NCBI GenBank assembly: GCA_050259635.1
Contig: JBLNBA010000004.1
Span: 11,005 to 75,004, forward strand
Direction: 5' to 3'
Source: Bacillota bacterium
GTDB lineage: Bacteria; Patescibacteriota; Patescibacteriia; Patescibacteriales; UBA12465
Length of the DNA: 64,000 nt
The notes below the pieces were generated by a model. It had not been told where the DNA came from and searched no databases. It saw nothing but the letters and a program-made list of their open reading frames with translations. The translations under genes were made by a program, and so were the position numbers. Below are positions 42,409 through 51,634 of this stretch, piece after piece; position 1 is the stretch's first letter; the number at the start of each line of letters is the position of its first letter.

Positions 42409-44886
42409 ATGAATACTTTTAACCAAAAGAATAATTTATTAAGGGGAACCGGACAGACGGATTCTTTTGTCATTGATTTGCGGCCGTCGGCGAAAAAAGA
42501 TTCTGGCCGTCTTGAGGTCAGGTGTCCGGAGAAAAGAAGCCTGTTCAAATCGTCATTGCCTAAGGCACCTTCCATCTCCTTGGTGCAAGAGCCTATCAAG
42601 GCAGCTATGGAGAAATTATCTCCTGTCCGTCGCTCTCGGAAAGGGATCTTCTCTTGGCAGAAAAGATACCGCTGGAGATTGGCAAGCGTGCTAAAAAAAC
42701 AGCAGCCTAGGGATTTGCGCTATCTGCTTGCTACTCGCCGTCTTCTTAACAGGCAAGTTTCTGTTGTTTGGAAGGAGTTAGCGAAGAAAGCAAAAAAAAT
42801 AAATCAGCATAGAAAGTCACGGAAAGAAGAAGCGGAAAAGACGGTGAGACTGGTTACTTGGTATCGTTCGCTATTTGCTTTTATCGGCGCCCTGATCTTT
42901 ATCATCCTGCCGATAAAGCTCTTGGCCTACTTTAAAGTGCTGGATCTAGGAGGCCTGAAAGATAGCGTCATCTCTTTGTCTTATTCAGCTTTTGATAATC
43001 TGGCCTCGGCTTCGGAAGAAGCGGCTAAAATGGACTTGCCTTCGGCCGGTACCAGCTTTGGACAGGCCGCAGCCGATTTTGAGTCAGCCCAAGCAGAGCT
43101 CGCCCGGATAGATTCCTGGATGCTTTCTTTGGCCGCATTTTCTCATGATCCTAAAATTAGATTAGCGGCTAATGGACAAAAATTCCTGGCTGCCGGCAAA
43201 GCAGCAGCGGCTTTAGGTGGGCATCTCAGCCGAGCGGCCGATGTCTTTATGTTATCGGAGTCTGAACGGAGTTGGGATAAGCTCATTGAGGCTTTCGTTA
43301 CGCACGGTACTCCCGCTTTGGAACGAGCGAAGGAGGTGGAAACGGTGCTTTCCGGCATAGATAGCGATAGCTTGCCGGAAGAATACCGGGATCAGTTCGT
43401 CGTTTTTCGGAATCAGGCTTCGCTCGCGGTGCAATCTCTCTCGACTTTATTAGATTCCGCCCAAGAGATTAAGGGATTTCTTGGTGTTAGCCAGGATAAG
43501 CGATATCTGTTGGTATTCCAGAATAATTCGGAAATGAGAGGGGCGGGAGGATTTTTCGGAAGCTATGCCTTAGTGGATATTCGCGAAGGCAAGATCCGCC
43601 GTTTGGAGGTACCGGCGGGCGGGCCATACGATAGCCAGGGAGGCATGACGGCCTTTGTACGCTCGCCCAAGCCGCTGCAACTAGTCAATCCGCGTTGGTT
43701 TCTCTGGGATGCTAATTGGTGGCCGGATTGGCCGATGAGCGCCCGTTCCTTGATGTGGTTCTATGAGAAGAGCGGGGGCTCTTCCGTAGACGGAGTGATT
43801 AGCTTTACACCCGACGTGCTCGAAGATTTACTGAGGATTAGCGGCCCGATCGATCTGCGCCCCGAGTATGATATGACCGTCTCGGCTGATGATTTTTGGC
43901 AATTAATACAGACCACGGTCGAGAAGGATAATTTAGCTAAAAGCCATCCTTTGGAGGTGGCTAACGTGCCCGAAAGTCCTGAAAATCAGCCTAAGAAGAT
44001 TATCGGTGATCTGATGGCTAAGCTAATGGAACGATTGCCCTCGGTTTTGACTGCAGAAAATGCGGCTTCTTTAGCTAGTGCCTTAGAGGAGAATTTGAGC
44101 GAAAAGAATATCATGCTATATTTCGCCGATCCTGATTTGCAAGCCAAGGCGGCTCGCTATCATTTGGACGGGGCGATGGTTAATGCCCCTCTAGATTATT
44201 TAATGATTGCCCATACTAATATCGCCGGGCAAAAAAGTGACCGTAAAATGGAAGAAGAAATAAAGCATGCGGTAACTATCAGAGAGGATGGCAGTATCGT
44301 TGACACCTTGACTATTAAACGCACCCACACTGGCATTAAGCGGGAAATTCTGACCGGAGTGCGCAACGTCGATTGGTTGAGAGTCTATGTACCGGAGGGC
44401 AGCACTTTGATTTCGGCAAGCGGTTTTTCCGCTCCTGATCAAGTATATTTTGATGAACCTGAGGCTTCCTGGGAATCGTATCCTGAAGTGGAGTCATCTG
44501 AGAGCCGGGAAACCATAGACTCCAAAAGTGGAACCAGGGTTTATCCTGAAAATGGCAAAACGGTTTTTGCGAACTGGGTCATGACAGACCCCGGGGAAAC
44601 GAGCGTGGTAACGCTTAGCTATCGTTTGCCTTTCCATTTGGAGGGAGCTATCCAAGAACAGAGTTGGCTGTCGTTGGTTGATGGGTTTTTAAATGGCCAA
44701 TCAACCGAGCGCCAAAGATATTCCTTGGTGTGGCAAAAACAGCCGGGAGCTAAGCCGGCAACGATCACTTCCTCTTTATCTATGCCTAGGGGTTGGAAGG
44801 TTATTTGGTCTTACCCGGAAAGTTCTTGGGATAAGGGAGAGGTGCTTGACCATGATCGCGTTAAAGCGGTACTGATGGAAAAATAA
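42409..44886 (+). CDS. DUF4012 domain membrane-anchored extracytoplasmic protein
   Basis: 825 aa. Basic N-terminal tail, one TM (LFAFIGALIFIILPIKLLAYF), helical region, then DKRYLLVFQNNSEMRGAGGFFGSYALVDIREGKI, which matches my recollection of DUF4012. Confidence 0.65.
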   Translation: MNTFNQKNNLLRGTGQTDSFVIDLRPSAKKDSGRLEVRCPEKRSLFKSSLPKAPSISLVQEPIKAAMEKLSPVRRSRKGIFSWQKRYRWRLASVLKKQQPRDLRYLLATRRLLNRQVSVVWKELAKKAKKINQHRKSRKEEAEKTVRLVTWYRSLFAFIGALIFIILPIKLLAYFKVLDLGGLKDSVISLSYSAFDNLASASEEAAKMDLPSAGTSFGQAAADFESAQAELARIDSWMLSLAAFSHDPKIRLAANGQKFLAAGKAAAALGGHLSRAADVFMLSESERSWDKLIEAFVTHGTPALERAKEVETVLSGIDSDSLPEEYRDQFVVFRNQASLAVQSLSTLLDSAQEIKGFLGVSQDKRYLLVFQNNSEMRGAGGFFGSYALVDIREGKIRRLEVPAGGPYDSQGGMTAFVRSPKPLQLVNPRWFLWDANWWPDWPMSARSLMWFYEKSGGSSVDGVISFTPDVLEDLLRISGPIDLRPEYDMTVSADDFWQLIQTTVEKDNLAKSHPLEVANVPESPENQPKKIIGDLMAKLMERLPSVLTAENAASLASALEENLSEKNIMLYFADPDLQAKAARYHLDGAMVNAPLDYLMIAHTNIAGQKSDRKMEEEIKHAVTIREDGSIVDTLTIKRTHTGIKREILTGVRNVDWLRVYVPEGSTLISASGFSAPDQVYFDEPEASWESYPEVESSESRETIDSKSGTRVYPENGKTVFANWVMTDPGETSVVTLSYRLPFHLEGAIQEQSWLSLVDGFLNGQSTERQRYSLVWQKQPGAKPATITSSLSMPRGWKVIWSYPESSWDKGEVLDHDRVKAVLMEK

Positions 44887-44900
44887 TATGGCTGCCGCCT

Positions 44901-46889
44901 ATGCGGCGCCGGTTAAATATGCCTGAAACTAAAACCAGAACAAGTAAGAAGAAGGCCGGTGTTTCGACCGCGCCTTTCCTGGAGCGCCCTTTACCGGACC
45001 CTTCCGAGGTATCGCTTTTTGAAGAAGCGGTCAATAAGGAAGCACGTGAAGGGGAAGTCGATGCTAATCTTTCACTTATCTACAATGACGGGGAGGGAAA
45101 TATTGCGGATGTTAGCAAGGTAAAACGGCGTCGCCGTTTGAAAATCGTCGTGCTTTTCAAGCAGTTAATCGTCCTCACTATCTTGGCTTGCGGTTTTTAT
45201 GGCGCCTATTATTACTATTTCCAGCGCTCTGCTGGCGATGATCTGATCGGGGTGGCGGTTGTCGCCCCGGAAAAGGCTTTGGCCGGGGGAGATATCGAAT
45301 ACCGCCTGGATTATCGGAATAGCAGCGGTATGGCGCTCTCCGATGTCCGGATAGAGGCTGTCTTGCCGCCTTCATTCGTGTTGTTGTCGAGTGACCGTGA
45401 ACCGAGCGGGGTAAACTCTTGGCAGATAGGGAGATTGGAGGCTGGCTCAGCCGGCTCAATCACAATAACAGGGCAGTTGTTCGGCTCCCAAGACTCTCCT
45501 AATATAGTAACAGCACGGATTTCTTATGTGCCGGAAAATTTTTCCAGCGCTTTCAAGAAAGAGGCCTCGGCCAACACGGTAATTTCCCGTCTAGGATTCG
45601 ATGTCTTAGCCGAATACCAAAATCGTGCTTTAGTGGGCGAGGATAACAATATTGGCCTCAGGCTTAATGCGTTTCGAGAAAATCGGATAAGCGATTTTTA
45701 TCTGGAAGTTGATTCGTCGGATAATCTGGTTGTCGCCAGTATTAAAAAAGCCGGTGAAACCCCTGGTGGGGATGCCGGCGTTAAGGTCGAAGAGGCAGGC
45801 GAGGGCCGATGGTTGGTGAGCGGGTTACCGACTGATTCTGAGGACGAGACTGATGTTACCATTATTTTTCGCATAAAAGAAAAACAGGCGGATAAAGAGG
45901 AACTGAAAATTCGTTTTGTGAAGAAAGAAGCTGATGGTAGTGAGCGGTCATTTTGGGAAAAAAGCCTTTCGCTGGAAGTGTTGAAGAGCGATCTCAATCT
46001 TTCGCTATCCGTTAACGGCGATAAGACGGATAAACCGGCAGATTTCGGCACTCCCTTGGAGTACGAACTGTCTTATTCTAACAACGGCGAGTCCGCGCTT
46101 TCCGATTTGGTACTGATGGCGGTGATAAAAGGGGAATCAATCGATTGGGCGAGTTTCAAAAGCGAAAAGGGCGGGACAAGAGCTAAGGATGCGATCGTTT
46201 GGACTAAAGAAGAGATCCCGGCTTTAGCGGAAGTAGCGCCGGGTGATTCCGGGAAAATTGCTTTCACCCTTAAGCTCGTTCCTTTTTCTGTTTCTGATAT
46301 GGGACGGGATCAGTCGGTCACGAGCTATGCGCAATATGGCCTAGATTCCTCACATAGCGCGGAAAGTGATAATCGCAGCAATACGATCGTGACACGCTTG
46401 AACTCGGACTTCCTCTTTTCTGAAAAAATATTGTATTTCGATGAGGATAACATTCCCGTCGGCACTGGACCCTTGCCGCCCAAGGTGGGTGAGAAGACTA
46501 CTCTTCACGTTTTTTGGACGATTAAGAATAATCTTCATGACCTTAAGGAGACGGCCGCGACGATGGTTCTTCCCGCTGGCATTGACTGGGCGGGAGCCGG
46601 TAATGCTAATGCCGGTTCCGTGACTTATGATGATGCCACCAGGACCGTTAAGTGGCAGCTTGGTTATCTGCCGCTTAGCGTCTATCGGGCGGATGCCGAA
46701 TTCCAGATCAGCCTTACTCCTAATCAAGCTGATGCAAATAAGATCTTAGTAATTTCCGGCGGCAGCCAGGCAGGGGCCGTAGATGCCGATACCTCCTCTT
46801 CTCTCATCCGGAAGTTGAACCCTAAAACGACTAAGCTCGAGGATGATGAAATTGCCGGTTTGTCTAATAACGGCCGCGTGTCTGAATAA
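44901..46889 (+). CDS. membrane-anchored surface protein with DUF11/CARDB-like Ig-fold repeats
   Basis: 662 aa. Cytoplasmic basic N-terminus and one TM (LIVLTILACGFYGAYYYYF). Repeated beta-rich modules: IEYRLDYRNSSGMALSDVRIEAVLP and LEYELSYSNNGESALSDLVLMAVI. The start could be ATG 44919. Confidence 0.55.
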   Translation: MRRRLNMPETKTRTSKKKAGVSTAPFLERPLPDPSEVSLFEEAVNKEAREGEVDANLSLIYNDGEGNIADVSKVKRRRRLKIVVLFKQLIVLTILACGFYGAYYYYFQRSAGDDLIGVAVVAPEKALAGGDIEYRLDYRNSSGMALSDVRIEAVLPPSFVLLSSDREPSGVNSWQIGRLEAGSAGSITITGQLFGSQDSPNIVTARISYVPENFSSAFKKEASANTVISRLGFDVLAEYQNRALVGEDNNIGLRLNAFRENRISDFYLEVDSSDNLVVASIKKAGETPGGDAGVKVEEAGEGRWLVSGLPTDSEDETDVTIIFRIKEKQADKEELKIRFVKKEADGSERSFWEKSLSLEVLKSDLNLSLSVNGDKTDKPADFGTPLEYELSYSNNGESALSDLVLMAVIKGESIDWASFKSEKGGTRAKDAIVWTKEEIPALAEVAPGDSGKIAFTLKLVPFSVSDMGRDQSVTSYAQYGLDSSHSAESDNRSNTIVTRLNSDFLFSEKILYFDEDNIPVGTGPLPPKVGEKTTLHVFWTIKNNLHDLKETAATMVLPAGIDWAGAGNANAGSVTYDDATRTVKWQLGYLPLSVYRADAEFQISLTPNQADANKILVISGGSQAGAVDADTSSSLIRKLNPKTTKLEDDEIAGLSNNGRVSE

Positions 46890-46892
46890 TTT

Positions 46893-48047
46893 ATGCCTAG
46901 ATCAAACTGGAATAAGAACTCTCTCCTCCGGAAAGGGCTAGTGAACACTTCGCATGGAAAGATCGTTACGCCTTTTTTCATGCCCGACGCCACTCGGGCA
47001 TTCGTGAAGGGTAATACGAGCGATGACGCTAAGCGTGCCGGTACGGAAGCGATGGTTATTAATACCTTCCATTTGTATTTGCAGCCAGGTTCAGATCTGG
47101 TACGCCGGGCCGGCGGCACGCATCTCTTTATGGATTGGGACCGCCCTTTGCTTTCTGATTCCGGCGGTTTCCAGGTTTTTTCTCTCATCCATCGTTCACA
47201 GGGGATGGGGAAGATCGATGATGAGAAGGTTAGTTTCCGATCTCCCCTTGACGGTTCAAAGCACGAGCTTACGCCTGAGCGTTCCATCCAGATCCAGTTT
47301 GAATTGGGTGCGGATATGATCGTCTGCCTGGATGATTGCCCTCCTAATGATTGGCCGCGAGAAAAGCTGGTAAAATCGGTGGAGCGGAGTATCGCCTGGG
47401 CGAAGAGATGCAAGCAAGAATATCTTCGGCAAGTTTCGCGGCGCAAGCTCAACGAGCAGACCCGCCCTCTGCTTTTCGCGGTTGTGCAAGGAGGCGACTT
47501 TGAAGATCTAAGGAAGCATTGCGCTGACGAACTAGTCGCTGTCGGTTTTGACGGATATGGGTTCGGCGCTCGGCCGGTCGACAAGGACGGGAAATTCCTT
47601 GCCAAAACATTGTTCAAGACCGCTTCTTTTCTGCCTAATGATTCTCTCCGCTTTGCCCTCGGGATCGGAACGCCGGAAGATATATATCGTTGTTATCTTA
47701 TGGGCTGGGATATGTTTGATTGCGTAATCCCTACTCGAGAGGGGAGGCATGGTCGCCTTTTTTCTTTCAAGAAGGGTTTCAAGGGATTTAAGGAACCCAA
47801 GAAGATAAAGGGGCCGGTCAGCAAGTTTCCGTCATTTTATGAGACGGTAAATATCGCGAATGCTCGTTTTGCAAGAGATTTTTCGCCAATCAACCCGGAA
47901 TCGAAGATCAAGGAACTAAGAACCTATTCCCGCGCTTATCTCCATCATCTTTTCCGCTTAAACGAACCTTTAGGCCTAAAATTAGCCAGTCTCAATAATC
48001 TTGAGTTTTATAACAAACTTATGGCGGGGTTGCGTCATATTGGCTAA
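46893..48047 (+). CDS. tgt: tRNA-guanine transglycosylase homolog lacking the zinc site
   Basis: TPFFMPDAT, NTFHLYLQPG, DSGGFQVFSL, LDDCPP, GIGTPED, DMFDCVIPTREGRHG, SRAYLHHLF all align to bacterial Tgt. The CxCxxC...H zinc ligands and the GGLAVGE pocket are not conserved (see findings). Confidence 0.85.
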   Translation: MPRSNWNKNSLLRKGLVNTSHGKIVTPFFMPDATRAFVKGNTSDDAKRAGTEAMVINTFHLYLQPGSDLVRRAGGTHLFMDWDRPLLSDSGGFQVFSLIHRSQGMGKIDDEKVSFRSPLDGSKHELTPERSIQIQFELGADMIVCLDDCPPNDWPREKLVKSVERSIAWAKRCKQEYLRQVSRRKLNEQTRPLLFAVVQGGDFEDLRKHCADELVAVGFDGYGFGARPVDKDGKFLAKTLFKTASFLPNDSLRFALGIGTPEDIYRCYLMGWDMFDCVIPTREGRHGRLFSFKKGFKGFKEPKKIKGPVSKFPSFYETVNIANARFARDFSPINPESKIKELRTYSRAYLHHLFRLNEPLGLKLASLNNLEFYNKLMAGLRHIG

Positions 48048-48160
48048 TGGTGTGGGCCTTTATTTATTTTCGGGATTGTTCTATAATATTCCAGTAAAAA
48101 ATTAATCAGAATAAGCAAATTTAGCGCCTGTTCAGGCCGTTTTTATTTTGCTCAGTTATT

Positions 48161-49192
48161 ATGACAACTAAGATAATCGCCACCATCGGTCCGAAAAGCG
48201 AGACCCCGGAAATGCTGGAAGCCTTATTTCAGGCGGGAGTAGATATCGTGAGGATAAATTTTTCTCATGCTACCTATGATCAATACAAGCGTATTAAGCA
48301 AACTATCGATAGCTATAACTTGAAGTCGGGTAAGAAGATTGCCTTGATGCTCGATCTTCAAGGGCCCAGGATTCGTGTAGGGCAGATGCCGGAAGAAGGG
48401 ATCATGATGAAGGAAGGTGAAACGTATAATTTTTCTTTTCTCGGCAAGCCATACAAGAAGAAAGGCGACATTATACCGATAGATAGCGAGGATTTATACA
48501 AGGATATGAAAAAGGGGGAATGCCTTTTCCTTTGTAACGGCGCAATCGAACTGAAAGTCACGGGCGTCAAAGGAAAGACGATCAGCGCTAAGGTCTTAAA
48601 TGGCGGAGTCTTGAGCTCAAGGAAGGGAATTAACGTTCCTGATACGAATATCAAAAAAGGCGGCATGACTGCCAAGGACGTCAAGGATGCAAAATTCGGA
48701 GTAAAAGCAGGGATGGACTACATTGCCTTGTCTTTCGTCCAAACCGAAGAAGATGTGAAGCGCTTAAGGACTTTGCTGGGCAAAGGCAGTAAGGTTAAGG
48801 TTATTTCCAAGATCGAACGTGGAATCGCCTTGAAAAATATTGATCGCATCATTTCCGCTTCGGATGCCATTATGGTTGCCCGAGGAGATCTGGGCATAGA
48901 AGTGCCGATTGAGGATCTGCCGATCATCCAGAAAAATTTAGTCCGCCATGCCCATTGGCACGACCGTCCTGCGATAATCGCCACACAGGTTATGACCTCG
49001 ATGATCAAGAATCCGCATCCTACTCGGGCAGAAATCTCAGATATTGCCAACGCTGTATTCGATGGAGCGGATATGGTGATGCTTTCGGACGAGACGACGG
49101 TCGGAGCCTATCCCTTGGAAGCGGTGAGTTTGCTTAAGAAGGTGATCGAACGCACCGAGCGTAATATTTACAAAGGGAATATCAATAACTAA
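48161..49192 (+). CDS. pyk: pyruvate kinase, short form lacking the C-terminal (allosteric) domain
   Basis: TKIIATIGP, RINFSHA, MVARGDLGIEVP, ATQVMTSM, MLSDETTVGAYP. 343 aa, ending right after the A-domain. Confidence 0.88.
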   Translation: MTTKIIATIGPKSETPEMLEALFQAGVDIVRINFSHATYDQYKRIKQTIDSYNLKSGKKIALMLDLQGPRIRVGQMPEEGIMMKEGETYNFSFLGKPYKKKGDIIPIDSEDLYKDMKKGECLFLCNGAIELKVTGVKGKTISAKVLNGGVLSSRKGINVPDTNIKKGGMTAKDVKDAKFGVKAGMDYIALSFVQTEEDVKRLRTLLGKGSKVKVISKIERGIALKNIDRIISASDAIMVARGDLGIEVPIEDLPIIQKNLVRHAHWHDRPAIIATQVMTSMIKNPHPTRAEISDIANAVFDGADMVMLSDETTVGAYPLEAVSLLKKVIERTERNIYKGNINN

Positions 49193-49198
49193 GCATAT

Positions 49199-50488
49199 AT
49201 GAAAATCAAAGGCATAAAAGCATTGGAAATCCTTGATTCTCGCGGGAATCCTACCGTTCTCGCTCGGGTCGAGCTTGATGATGGATCCGTCGGCAAGGCA
49301 GCCGTCCCTTCTGGCGCCTCGACTGGCAGCTACGAGGCGGTAGAACTCCGGGATGGAGACCTGGGCCGCTTCCATGGTGCCGGTGTCTTACAGGCGGTGA
49401 AAAACGTTGAAGAAATAATCGCGCCGGCTCTCATCGGTTTAGATGCCGCTAAGCAGCAGGACATAGATAAGATTATGATCGCCCTGGACGGGACGGAGAA
49501 CAAGTCCAAACTTGGCGCTAATGCCATGCTTGCCGTTTCCATGGCAGTATCCCGCGCGGCCGCGCAATCATTCGGTCTGCCACTTTATAAGTATTTGGCG
49601 AAGTTGAATCCGAGTTTCGAGGGCCGCTATCTATTACCGATGCCGATGATGAATGTTTTGAACGGAGGAAAGCACGCTGATTGGGCGACTGATATTCAGG
49701 AATATATGATTATCCCGGTCGGAGCTAAAAACTTTGCCGAAGCCGTCCGTATCTGTGCCGAGTTATACCAGTCTCTCAAGAAGATCCTTAAGAAGAAATC
49801 ATATGCCATCAGCGTTGGCGACGAAGGAGGTTTTGCCCCGGCTTTCAAGAATAATGAAGAGCCCTTCCAGGTGTTGGCCGAAGCCGCCGTAGAATCCGGG
49901 TATACGCTGGGTGAGGATGTGGTTTTTGGGATTGATGCGGCCGCGACGGAATTCTACCAAGAGGGAACCTATGAACTAAAGAAAGAAGGCAAGTCTCTCT
50001 CAAGTAGCGAATTGATTTCATTCTACCAGGAGCTGGCTGCCCGGCACCCGCTTGTTTCTTTCGAGGACGTCTTAGCTGAAGATGATTGGGATGGGTTTGC
50101 TGCCTTTACCGCCGCCTTTGCCCCCTTATGTCAGATCGTTGGCGATGATTTGTATGTGACTAACGTAAAGAGGCTGGAAAGAGGAATTTCCGGCCATAAT
50201 TCTAACTCCATCCTGATTAAGCTTAATCAGATAGGCACTTTAAGCGAAACGATCGATGCTATTGAATTAGCCAGAAAGAATGGCATGACCGCCGTTATCT
50301 CTCATCGCAGCGGAGAGACGGAAGATACCTTTATTGCGGATTTTGTCGTCGCCATGGGAACGGGACAAATCAAAACGGGAGCGCCCTGCCGCAGTGAGAG
50401 AACGGCCAAATATAATCGTTTGATCGAAATCGCCGATGAACTTGGTTCCGAGGCTGAGTTAGCCGCTTTTCCTTTTGCGGGAAGATAA
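49199..50488 (+). CDS. eno: enolase (phosphopyruvate hydratase)
   Basis: [39 protein letters not shown]. Confidence 0.95.
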   Translation: MKIKGIKALEILDSRGNPTVLARVELDDGSVGKAAVPSGASTGSYEAVELRDGDLGRFHGAGVLQAVKNVEEIIAPALIGLDAAKQQDIDKIMIALDGTENKSKLGANAMLAVSMAVSRAAAQSFGLPLYKYLAKLNPSFEGRYLLPMPMMNVLNGGKHADWATDIQEYMIIPVGAKNFAEAVRICAELYQSLKKILKKKSYAISVGDEGGFAPAFKNNEEPFQVLAEAAVESGYTLGEDVVFGIDAAATEFYQEGTYELKKEGKSLSSSELISFYQELAARHPLVSFEDVLAEDDWDGFAAFTAAFAPLCQIVGDDLYVTNVKRLERGISGHNSNSILIKLNQIGTLSETIDAIELARKNGMTAVISHRSGETEDTFIADFVVAMGTGQIKTGAPCRSERTAKYNRLIEIADELGSEAELAAFPFAGR

Positions 50489-50492
50489 CAGC

Positions 50493-50519
50493 GAAGCGCC
50501 TGACGGCGCTTCTTTGCTT
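50493..50519 (+). terminator. stem-loop after eno (weak terminator/attenuator)
   Basis: GAAGCGCC-tgac-GGCGCTTC perfect 8-bp stem followed by TTTGCTT. It abuts the next start codon. Confidence 0.45.
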
Positions 50520-51626
50520 ATGAAATACATCTTTTTCGCCCTTAATATTTTCTGCGTCCTTCTGGCCCACTTGTTGTTGTTTCTCATCTGGCGGGATTTT
50601 TTTGGCATTGATAGCCGCTATGTTCAGGTGGCAGTGAGTTATCTCCTGTTAGGCAGCGTGAGCCTGTTGGCTATCGCGCCCTTATTGATGCATTGGCGAG
50701 ACAGCGTATTCAGCCGGTCTTTGTATCTGGTCCTATCTCTTTGGATGGGGGTGATGCTGAATACCGCCCTTATCGCCCTGGTCATGTTGATCGCGGACTG
50801 GTTTGCGAAGAGCTTTGGTATCGAGGTCTCATCCAGCCTTCGTCCTTATGCGATCGGAATCTTGCCTATATTAATACTTTTGCCTGAGGCTTGGGCGGCT
50901 CAATCTTTCCGGATCAAGCGGAGGACGGTCTATATTAACGGCTTACCGCCGATATGGGAAGGGAAGGATATCGTCCATATCTCCGATATCCATCTTGGAC
51001 CGATCTGGCGCCAACGCCATTTTGATCGGCTGGTTGCAGCGGTTAACGGCTTGCAGCCTGATGCGACCTTTATCACCGGCGATCTCTTCGATGGGATGGA
51101 TACGGATTTCCACTGGTTCCATCCTCGTCAATTTCAGGCGGAAAAGGGAGTGTATTATTCCATCGGCAATCATGATCTGAATCTAGGCACTCAGAGGATA
51201 AAGGATTTGCTTTCCAATTCCGGCATTGAAATTATGGATAATCGCCTTTTAGCTGTCGACGGTTTGCAGATCCTGGGCCTTACTTGTCATTATGAGGGGA
51301 AACTGGATGTGAAGAGCGAGATTTTATCCCAGATCGGTTACGAACGGGCATTGCCAAGTATTCTCATGTATCATGAGCCAAAGGATATTCCGGCCGCTAG
51401 GTCGGCGGGAATCAATCTCCAGCTCTCCGGCCATACCCATGCGGGGCAGATGTTCCCTTTGAATCTGCTGGCGATGTTGTTGTTCAAGGGCTTTTCGTAT
51501 GGGTTATTTCGATTGAAGGAATATACTATCTCCGTTACGGCCGGTGCCGGAACCTGGGGTCCGCCATTGCGCTTGGGAAGCCGTTCGGAAATAGTGGTGT
51601 TACGGCTCAAAACAGCAAATAAATAA
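50520..51626 (+). CDS. membrane-anchored metallophosphoesterase
   Basis: Four or five N-terminal TM helices, then calcineurin-like motifs HISDIHLG, GDLFD, GNHD, GHTHAG. Start ATG 50520 lies after the eno hairpin (ORF track 50475 overlaps eno). Confidence 0.85.
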   Translation: MKYIFFALNIFCVLLAHLLLFLIWRDFFGIDSRYVQVAVSYLLLGSVSLLAIAPLLMHWRDSVFSRSLYLVLSLWMGVMLNTALIALVMLIADWFAKSFGIEVSSSLRPYAIGILPILILLPEAWAAQSFRIKRRTVYINGLPPIWEGKDIVHISDIHLGPIWRQRHFDRLVAAVNGLQPDATFITGDLFDGMDTDFHWFHPRQFQAEKGVYYSIGNHDLNLGTQRIKDLLSNSGIEIMDNRLLAVDGLQILGLTCHYEGKLDVKSEILSQIGYERALPSILMYHEPKDIPAARSAGINLQLSGHTHAGQMFPLNLLAMLLFKGFSYGLFRLKEYTISVTAGAGTWGPPLRLGSRSEIVVLRLKTANK

Positions 51627-51634
51627 AATTTTTT

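Noticed and set aside
46724-47617. 297-aa minus-strand ORF overlapping the end of the surface-protein gene and the tgt gene
   Set aside because: It is antisense to a well-supported Tgt homolog, has no motifs, and has an S/R/P-rich composition. It is a shadow ORF.
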